A DNA stretch of 57,610 nt, taken from assembly GCA_032718475.1 (NCBI GenBank), contig JAUCBJ010008763.1, positions 1 to 57,610 on the forward strand, given 5' to 3'. This document shows positions 48,010-57,610 of this stretch, piece by piece. The stretch's first letter is position 1, and every line of letters begins with the position of its first letter. The notes beneath the pieces were generated by a model, which was not told the DNA's origin, ran no database searches, and saw nothing but the letters and a program-made list of their open reading frames with translations. The position numbers and the translations under genes were made by a program. This stretch comes from Nemertoderma westbladi. Its lineage: Eukaryota; Animalia; Xenacoelomorpha.

Positions 48010-49036
48010 TATTTTACGATAGAATGTAATTCAATTTACTAAGAATTTTTATTTGAATGTCGAATGATTGTCACTAATTAATTTGAGCTAATAATTATAT
48101 GTAATTCTGTTGCCATCGTAACACAATTTATTGTAAAAGGAGTCGACCTCAACATGGGAGATTATTAAACACGTGGGAGATTATTAAATTTTTATACTAT
48201 TATACTATTTAAACTATTAAATTTCTTAGTGTTTTAATTTAATATTTGTTTATAATAAAAAGTCTTTATAATTCAAAAAATAATAATTCTCTTTAGTTGA
48301 AGTGGGATCTTATAACATCATTTAATACATTTTGAATTTATGAATTGTCAAAAACTAGTTGAAATTTTCTTGTACTGTAGAGTTTTTTTTTCACCATCGA
48401 ATTTTAACCATCCGCTCCCAATTTTTTTCATCTCTTTTTTTTTTAACCATTTGAACTTCATTTTTGAGATTTTTGCAATATTTTGCGACATATTGTCATA
48501 TTTTGCCATGTTTTTAACCAAATCTTTAAGTTTTTAACCATTTTGTCAAAATTAAAGGCTTCTTTATTTCTTTAACCATTAACCATCGGGTCAGAATCTT
48601 TACTAAATGGTTTAAAAAAACTCTACAGTAGTTTGACAATTTTTGTCAGTCTGGTAATTATATTGGACAGACCATTTGGATTGGTGCAACTCTACAATCA
48701 ATGAAACTACATTATTTACGTATGAACTTCCAACCATATTGCGCTCATATACAGTAGAGTCTGAACATGTGAACAATTTTCAGGAAATTGGTATCCATCC
48801 ATTCTTAAGCGAAAAATTTTGTGAAATTTGGTGACAATAATTTGTGATAAGTTAGTGTAAAAAAAGTAGTTGAAATTTTACTGTAGTTTGACATTTTTTG
48901 TCAGTCTGGTAAAACCAACGTTGAAGCAGTAAGAGCAATTTGGAGTTAGCATGACACAGGGATTTTCAATTCAATGGAGTTGAAACTTATTTTGAATCAG
49001 CCACATCAGAAGGGGATGCAGAAAAAGTGCCAAAAA

Positions 49037-51838
49037 CTTACCAAAATCGGTCTGACGCTGAAAGCGAATTTTCTATATCTCAGCGGCCAAAAAGGCCGCT
49101 GAAAGCGAATTTTCTATATCTCGGCGGCTAAAAAGGCCGCTGAAAGCGAATTTTCTATATCTCGGCGGCTAAAAAGGCCGCTGAAAGCGAATTTTCTATA
49201 TCTCGGCGGCTAAAAAGGCAGCTGAAAGCGAATTTTCTATATCTCGGCGGCTAAAAAGGCAGCTGAAAGCGAATTTTCTATATCTCGGCGGCTAAAAAGG
49301 CCGCTGAAAGCGAATTTTCTATATCTCGGCGGCTAAAAAGGCCGCTGAAAGCGAATTTTCTATATCTCGGCGGCTAAAAAGGCCGCTGAAAGCGAATTTT
49401 CTATATCTCGGCGGCTAAAAAGGCCGCTGAAAGCGAATTTTATATGTCTCGGCGGCTAAAAAGGCCGCTGAAAGCGAATTTTATATGTCTCGGCGGCTAA
49501 AAAGGCCGCTGAAAGCGAATTTTCTATATCTCGGCAGCTAAAAAGGCCGCTGAAAGCGAATTTTCTATATCTCGGCGGCTAAAAAGGCAGTTGAAAGCGA
49601 ATTTTCTATATCTCGGCGGCTAAAAAGGCAGTTGAAAGCGAATTTTCTATATCTCGGCGGCTAAAAAGGCAGTTGAAAGCGAATTTTCTATATCTCGGCG
49701 GCTAAAAAGGCCGCTGAAAGCGAATTTTATATGTCTCGGCGGCTAAAAAGGCCGCTGAAAGCGAATTTTATATGTCTCGGCGGCTAAAAAGGCAGTTGAA
49801 AGCGAATTTTCTATATCTCGGCGGCTAAAAAGGCAGTTGAAAGCGAATTTTCTATATCTCGGCGGATAAAAATGCCGCTGAAAGCGAATTTTATATGTCT
49901 CGGCGGCTAAAAAGGCCGCTGAAAGCGAATTTTCTATATCTTGGCGGCTAAAAAGGCCGCTGAAAGCGAATTTTCTATATCTCAGCGGCTAAAAAGGCAG
50001 TTGAAAGCGAATTTTCTATATCTCGGCGGCTAAAAAGGCAGTTGAAAGCAAATTTTCTATATCTCGGCGGCTAAAAAGGCAGTTGAAAGCGAATTTTCTA
50101 TATCTCGGCGGCTAAAAAGGCCGCTGAAAGCGAATTTTCTATATCTCGGCAGCTAAAAAGGCCGCTGAAAGCGAATTTTCTATATCTCGGCGGCTAAAAA
50201 GGCCGCTGAAAGCGAATTTTCTATATCTCGGCGGCTAAAAAGGCCGCTGAAAGCGAATTTTCTATATCTCGGCGGCTAAAAAGGCAGTTGAAAGCGAATT
50301 TTCTATATCTCGGCGGCTAAAAAGGCAGTTGAAAGCGAATTTTCTATATCTCGGCGGCTAAAAAGGCAGTTGAAAGCGAATTTTCTATATCTCGGCGGCT
50401 AAAAAGGCAGTTGAAAGCGAATTTTCTATATCTCGGCGGCTAAAAAGGCCGCTGAAAGCGAATTTTATATGTCTCGGCGGCTAAAAAGGCAGTTGAAAGC
50501 GAATTTTCTATATCTCGGCGGCTAAAAAGGCAGTTGAAACCAAATTTTCTATATCTCGGCGGCTAAAAAGGCCGCTGAAAGCGAATTTTATATATCTCGG
50601 TGGCTACAAAGGCTGCTGAAAGCGAATTTTCTATATCTCGGTGGCTAAAAAGGCCGCTGAAAGCGAATTTTCTATATCTCGGCGGCTAAAAAGGCCGCTG
50701 AAAGCGAATTTTCTATATCTCGGCGGCTAAAAAGGCCGCTGAAAGCGAATTTTCTATATCTCGGCAGCTAAAAAGGCCGCTGAAAGCGAATTTTCTATAT
50801 CTCGGCGGCTAAAAAGGCCGCTGAAAGCGAATTTTCTATATCTCGGTGGCTAAAAAGGCCGCTGAAAGCGAATTTTCTATATCTCGGCGGCTAAAAAGGC
50901 CGCTGAAAGCGAATTTTCTATATCTCGGCAGCTAAAAAGGCCGCTGAAAGCGAATTTTCTATATCTCGGCGGCTAAAAAGGCTGCTGAAAGCGAATTTTC
51001 TATATCTCGGTGGCTAAAAAGGCCGCTGAAAGCGAATTTTCTATATCTCGGCGGCTAAAAAGGCAGTTGAAAGCGAATTTTCTATATCTCGGCGGCTAAA
51101 AAGGCAGTTGAAAGCGAATTTTCTATATCTCGGCGGCTAAAAAGGCAGTTGAAAGCGAATTTTCTATATCTCGGCGGCTAAAAAGGCCGCTGAATGCGAA
51201 TTTTATATGTCTCGGCGGCTAAAAAGGCCGCTGAAAGCGAATTTTATATGTCTCGGCGGCTAAAAGGCCGCTGAAAGCGAATTTTCTATATCTCGGCGGC
51301 TAAAAAGGCAGTTGAAAGCGAATTTTCTATATCTCAGCGGCTAAAAAGGCAGTTGAAAGCGAATTTTCTATATCTCGGCGGCTAAAAAGGCAGTTGAAAG
51401 CGAATTTTCTATATCTCGGCGGATAAAAAGGCAGTTGAAAGCGAATTTTCTATATCTCGGCGGATAAAAAGGCCGCTGAAAGCGAATTTTCTATATCTCG
51501 GAGGCTAAAAAGGCAGTTGAAAGCGAATTTTCTATATCTCGGCGGCTAAAACGGCAGTTGAAAGCGAATTTTCTATATCTCGGCGGCTAAAAATGCCGCT
51601 GAAAGCGAATTTTCTATATCTCGGAGGCTAAAAAGGCAGTTGAAAGCGAATTTTCTATATCTCGGCGGCTAAAACGGCAGTTGAAAGCGAATTTTCTATA
51701 TCTCGGCGGCTAAAAAGGCAGTTGAAAGCGAATTTTCTATATCTCGGCGGCTAAAACGGCAGTTGAAAGCGAATTTTCTATATCTCGGCGGCTAAAAAGG
51801 CAGTTGAAATCGAATTTTGTACGTCTCGGCGGCTAAAA
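49037..51838. repeat. 41-bp satellite array, about 68 copies
   Basis: Same unit and same flanks as 24330-25922. Confidence 0.97.
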
Positions 51839-52024
51839 TTTTTTATGTCTTGGTTGGACGAATGACAATTTGTTTGCTAAAGAGAGATTTTAGAAAGTCC
51901 AATTTTTTTTGTCAGAACCATATTTGTTAACTCACAAACCTACAGTACCTGACCAAACAAAATCAATTAGTTTTCATTTAATTACATTTAATTTAATTTA
52001 ATTCAAAGCGAAATATAAATCATA

Positions 52025-52100
52025 CAGTCCCAATCCCAATAAACATTAACTTGGTCATTTTGGCGGCCAAAACGACCAAAACGGCCAAATATAAAATGCG
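52025..52100. mobile_element. Left end (TIR) of a TA-targeting CAGTCCC transposon
   Basis: TA followed by CAGTCCCAATCCCAATAAACATTAACTTGGTC; inverted match to 13812-13886. Confidence 0.75.
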
Positions 52101-52636
52101 GCATTCATGAAAGGAACTTCTGAGTCAAGTTGGCTTGTCAATCACAGCCAGTGAATAGAGGCTGAGTGTAAGTAAAGCCCAGGATGTTGGCAGATAGAAA
52201 AAGGCTTCGATTTGCGGACATTCCCTCCCAACCCCCCCCCCCCCCCCCCCCCCCGGACAGTACCCTTCCGTTCGAGTAGGACACTACTGTTTTAATAATT
52301 TCGCACGTTTATTTTTCATTTTGTAAGGTAAACATAGAACATTTTTATTTTAAATATTTTCTTGACCCTTTATTAACCTCGCTCGCACACGGTAAATATA
52401 ATGCCTCGAGAATTAATAGTGAAAACATTTTAACGTTTTTTCCCATGTAATAAATAATTATTGTGTTTTATCTGTGTATCTGTGTTGAATATAATGAATA
52501 TATTGACAATTAATTTCGCTGGAGTTAATTAGAAGTTCGATGGATTTAATATATATATATATAGTAAGGTCATGTGTGAATCATACTTGGGCATATATGG
52601 TGAGTGTGCATGGGGGGGGGGGGGGGGGGGGGGGGG

Positions 52637-55600
52637 TGTAAAAGCTTTTGTGGGATAACTGATACGTTTGCCTTTGCTGGCCAGTTCCCCCCCAGTCGCT
52701 AGAATACTCTCAAAGGGATTTATAACTAAAATAGTGCAAGCTACCAGCTTATTGGCTGATGTGCTGTACGGAGATATCTGGGCTCAGTTTAATCGGCCAA
52801 CTAGCTTAGAGAGGTTGCCTTAGCCTTGCTGTCCGTATCGGCCAATAGAATTTGAGTGGGCGTTGATTTCGACCTATCCCAGAGCTACTGAACTGAATTT
52901 CCTATCTGTATGCTCATCCTCTGTGTTGGACGGGAGCTTCGGGGAATAAGGGTGGTTGGTATCCTCGTATAGTCTAGTAGTCATATGATTTTATATGATT
53001 CTGTTGTTGTGTTCCCATTTTTCGCCATAACACCGGCTTTTTGGGAAGAACTCTAGTAAAACTGCTTAAATTATCGAAAGTATAAACTGTTACCCTACCG
53101 ATCAATCTAATCAATCAACCTACCTATTAATCATATTGTTTGTACTGTTATTTACCGTCAGTTATTAATTGTATCTATTTGTTGATGGAAATATTGCTCT
53201 TTGGAGAATACTGATAAATCACCCAAATTTCCCAATTTTCTTGATACACTACAGGTTAGAGAGACAGGCTATATATAACAATTGCGATTTATATTAATGT
53301 GGTGTGTATTGAATCTAATGTTATTTAGCAGACCCTACATGAGTCAATTGCTGCTCTCTTTATGTGTGATCAAATTTACTGACGGTCGGCAGAATAGTGT
53401 GCATGATTGTGATTGGTAACAAAGCATTTCCTAAAGAATGCGCTTTATACTTTAATCATAAGCAGTATCGTTGCGTTTAGTATAAGTCCTAGTTCTGTTT
53501 AAATAGATAGAGCGCCACGTCCTAAAGGAACTGTTAATATTTCCCGAAAGCCAATAATATCTGTCAGAAATTAATTATTAACGATCTATCGAATAATACA
53601 GTAAGTTTACACTGCAACCTTACACTGCAATAATAAAATTTAAGCAGCCGAATTCAGCCTCCCGGGTGTAGATCCATCGGGTGAATGATCGCACATGGGC
53701 TGACTTCGGGTAATGTTTTGTTTATTAGCATAAAATATTGTCGTGTGCTAAAGGTGTTTTAATTAACTAAAAGACATATAAATTTTGGCAGGTTAAACTG
53801 CTAAAAGTCTTCAAAAGCGCGAACAGTAACAGTTTATTATCTTATTGCAGTAGGCAATAAGGTTGCCAAATACCGTAGTGACCGGTAAACCTGAACCGGT
53901 ACTTCTGTAGGTCAGTAGGCCCAACTGCTAGAACCGGTACTGCTGTAGGTCCGTAGGTCCAACTGCAAGAACCGGTACTTCTGCAGGTCTGTAGGCCCAA
54001 CTGTCCTAACCGGTACTGCTGTATAAGTACATTAGTATTATTCGATTTTGATTATTGTATACCGGTAGGTCTTAATACTTAATCAGGGACTGCAGCCCTG
54101 AATTTTTATTGAGATTCTACTTATTTCTGTCGGTTTTATTTACTAGTAAGCTAATATTGAACAGAAGGCGTGTGACCCTGCTCAGATTGTTCAGATAATT
54201 GTAGGCTGAGCTGCTGTCTGACTGTTGTTGAGTTTGGAGAGATTACGGCGTGTGTAGAGTTTGTCTGATAAAGTGCCGTTAGTAAGTTGGGGCAGCCATA
54301 TGCAGTAAGGTCAATCCCCTCTTAAAGAATAAGTCGTACTACCGTGTTAGAACGCATACTAACTAACAGTTTCAGAATCTGCACATACTGTAGTTTGTTT
54401 AGGCTTGATAGTAGTCTGCCAGCGTTTGGTTTGTATTTTGTTTGAGTATTCTGTACGGGTAGCGTAATATTTATTATTCAGAGTTTATGCGATTATTCGC
54501 AACATTCATGTCCCCAAGTTTATTCCTACAGTAATTGTGCTTGTTATACATACCGTTATAGTTAAACTAACCCCGGTACTACATCAGGGCTGCTCGGCGT
54601 AGGTAAAGACTGGAGATTTTGTGCTTCGGTCACTCCAGCAGATGCCGTGGTTCTTTTAACTGTTCAAGTATATTTAACTACTGATTATTTGTTATACCGG
54701 TACTTGTACCTAATTTAGGGTTTAGTGTACAGTGCTTTCCGAAGTAATTAGTGTGGGCAGTATATTTGTGTTATAAAGTGGTTGATAGGCACATTCGTTA
54801 GCTCTATTAGCTTCTGGGTAGGAACAATCCGTGATACATAACGTAGTACCTATAGCGATACGGTTATAGGTCGTCAGGCGGTGGTATTTTCCTATCTGGA
54901 CAGTGCAATATATTTACTACTACTTATTATTCAAATACCGTAGTACCCTGTCCGTTGTAATAACCAGAATTCTAACCCTTTGTTAGGCTGGTTTGTAGAC
55001 TTCCTGTAAAATTACCCTAAAAATTCGTACGTAATATTTTTGTTGTGTTTAATTAGAGAATTAATCTCACCCATATCGTAAGTAATTTGTAGTATTAAGT
55101 AACTTAGGTAAATTAGAATTATCAGTTTTAGTGTCTTAATAAGTAACACTTCACTGAGAGCGCACAGCTTCTGTGTGGTGACTCCCCCAGAAATAATAAC
55201 ATTTATTTCAAATATTGACAGAACCCCTTTTAAACGGGTATATATCTATTATAAATCAACTCAAACGATTTATAAATAGTAGGCCTGCCATACAACAACT
55301 AGGTCTCACTGTCAGTTGGACTACTGCTTAAATAACGGTAATAAAGTAAGTTAAAGTAACTAAGTAACCCTAAAATATTCAGGAACTCAATTATTCTAAA
55401 AATAATTGACATACCGGTACTTACCATAGGCTTATTATATTTATTTCTATAAATTTGAGCTGAAATCATACCGGTACTCTGTAATTAATTCTAGTTCATA
55501 ATTATACTTATATACTATAAGTGTAAGCTGTATACCGGTATTCACGATAGGCCTATTATATATTTATATATATCTGTGCTAAATTTATATACCGGTACTC

Positions 55601-57610
55601 TGTGACAAACCTAGTTTATAATACTTATATATATTATAAGCATACCGGTATTCTAATATATTGTATATATATCACGTTATACTGAGTAACGGTACCGGTA
55701 ATAAATCGCTAGGCTTGCGGTCATACTGAATTACCAGACTTGCTTTAACTGAAACTATAGTAGTAGACATTCAACTGTATAGCTAAACATGTCTGACACT
55801 CAGCAAAACCTGTCAGACAGTCTGATCGATACAACTATCTGTGATTCAGATAGGAGTGTGGAGCGAATAAGAAAGGAGTTCGGCTCACCTCCTACTGCAA
55901 AAAAGGTCATCCCTCCAGTAGTATCAGACCCTAGGCTAGTCCTCCATAGGTCCATCATAGGCACTCGGGCACAGGTAAAACGGAACCAAGAGGCAGTTGT
56001 CCCATCGCAGCAACATCTTGGTCAAGAACCTACTTCCCAGCGACCCGATAGCTCCAGCAGTTCGGATACTGTAGAGCTGACTCCCGAACATGGAGTGCAG
56101 ATGGCTGATACGGTCTACTCGGACCCCCTTCTTACTCTTCCTGCTGCAGTGCTAACTACTATATTCATTGCAGTGGAGGAACATCAAGCCGACTGGGCGA
56201 AGAATAAGCGAGCGACCCAAGATAATTACGCGGGATACGCCAGGGAAGAATTGATATCTATTGTCGAGTCACAATGGAACTTTCCCGGACTCGGACTTCC
56301 GTTGGATCTGTCCGAGGCTACTTGGGAAGATATACACAGGATGGGAGTGGCTAAAGATACAATGGATCCAGCTGTTTGGAAGAGGTCGGCAGCAGGATAT
56401 GTGCAGGGATTCTTCGGATCCTTGGATCGATTGGAAGATCAACTGTTTCGACAACCTCAAGGACCTCAAGAGCAAGAAGAGCTGCTATATTAAATACGCA
56501 AAAGAACCCTACGCATTCGACTAATCCTCTCAGCCTTTGAGGAAACTTCCAAAAGAAGACAGGACACGTCGCTGCAGGTTGCTGTCAAAACTTGGTTACA
56601 TCGGGTAGATCTCAAAGTACAGGAAACGGCCCAGTGGAAATCCCAGCTGGCTGAGAGATCAACCTGTGAAGAACAAACTGATGTCACCCTTTCTCAAGCG
56701 GAAAGCGAAGAGACCGCCGAGAAACCGCGAACTAGAGACGCTATCGACATTTATTTATCCGACTATCAGCGATTCCTAGGAGACGAAGAGTTGAGGAGAC
56801 GGCTGTCTGGACTTTCCCCTAATAGTGAAGGAACCAAGCTTGTGTTGGACTCAATCGATGCCGAAATGTTAGCTGCAAACCAAGCTGAATGTGATGAAAA
56901 ACTCCGCCTCACTAGAGTCCGAGAAGAACAAGTAAAGAAAGAACTGATAGAGAGAAGAAAGGTAGCAGCAGCAGCGACGGCGGAAGCAGAAGCAGAAAGA
57001 AAAGAAGCAGAAGCCGAAAGAAAGGCAAAAGCGGCAGAAGCAGAAGCCGAAAGAAAGGCAAAAGCGGCAGAAGCAGAAGCCGAAAGAAAGGCAAAAGAAA
57101 AGAAGCAGAAGCCGAAAGAAAGGCAAAAGCGGCAGAAGCAGAAGCCGAAAGAAAGGCAAAAGCGGCAGAAGCAGAAGCCGAAAGAAAGGCAAAAGCAGCA
57201 GAAGCAGAAGCCGAAAGAAAGGCAAAAGCGGCAGAAGCAGAAGCAGAAAGAAAAGAAGCAGAAGCCGAAAGAAAGGCAACAGTGGCAGAAGCAGAACGGA
57301 GAGCGTCTGAGGAGACTATCCAATTGGAGTTGGAAAATCTGCAAGAGACGCAGGACAGTATAAATAAACAGTTTACTGCTAATCAGATGCAGATGATGAG
57401 AAAATCTACTCCCAAGCGCCAGGGATACACATCCTCGGAGGAAGGCGATACTACCGATCCTGAAGGCGGAGGAAATAGATCTCATCTAAGTAGGCGTAGA
57501 AAAACATCTTACCGTCGCAAATTGCCTGATTTGCCCCCAGCTGTTAGAAGACAGCTAGCTAGCACAGACTTGAGTAGTATAGAACCTACGGCCCAAAGTA
57601 TTAAGTTCGA
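52637..57610 (+). mobile_element. Second BEL/Pao element (related subfamily), 5' part
   Basis: LTR TGTAAAAG..GCGCGAACA at 52637-53825, following a poly-G run. Leader and gag are homologous to element 1. Confidence 0.93.
55789..57610 (+). pseudogene. BEL gag N-terminal region, disrupted
   Basis: Homologous to 30081 onward. In-frame TAA at 56491 (CAA in element 1) and a frameshift inside a 33-bp AEAEAERKAKA repeat. Confidence 0.9.

Larger units (their letters stand above)
26130..52024 (+). repeat. Tandem segmental duplication, copy 2
   Basis: Matches copy 1; separated from it by 23 bp (26107-26129). Confidence 0.92.

Noticed and set aside
52232-52636. Poly-C and poly-G tracts as element termini or functional G-quadruplex
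   Set aside because: No TSD or further complementarity; similar homopolymers occur at ~19146 and ~23367.
31061-57485. Antisense ORFs over gag-pol (e.g. 31061-31459, 34946-35602, 56766-57485)
   Set aside because: Shadow frames of coding or low-complexity repeat sequence.

Overview
Eukaryotic, AT-rich, invertebrate-like genomic DNA made almost entirely of nested mobile elements. No intact host gene, RNA gene or CRISPR array is visible. (1) 1-13230 is the right part of an endogenous Polinton/Maverick (adintovirus-like) provirus. Its minus-strand cluster holds a packaging ATPase, core proteins, integrase, minor and major capsid proteins, adenain protease, a nuclease-like ORF and a RING protein, and it ends in an AGTAGT-type terminus at 13230. 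The pPolB gene is not in the window. The ATPase is split by a TTAA piggyBac-type element, and a TA-flanked Tc1/mariner-type element lies next to it. (2) 13887-52024 is a head-to-tail duplication of a small unit (MITE, H-box/NC LRAT-like gene, 41-bp satellite). Its outer breakpoints fall exactly at two outward-facing ends of a CAGTCCC transposon. Copy 1 carries decayed RTE, CR1, HINE and CRE fragments. Copy 2 carries a 20.3-kb BEL/Pao LTR element that contains a Harbinger MITE, a CR1/L2-group LINE with an intact ORF2 and an unknown accessory ORF. (3) 52637-end is a second, related BEL/Pao element. The most notable observation is that neither BEL element has a tRNA primer-binding site. In both, the bases immediately after the 5' LTR are complementary, with compensatory changes between the elements, to a segment about 700 nt upstream inside the LTR, and the duplex ends exactly at the LTR boundary. 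This is a candidate tRNA-independent self-priming system in BEL/Pao retrotransposons. All calls were made by eye from motifs; no searches were run.
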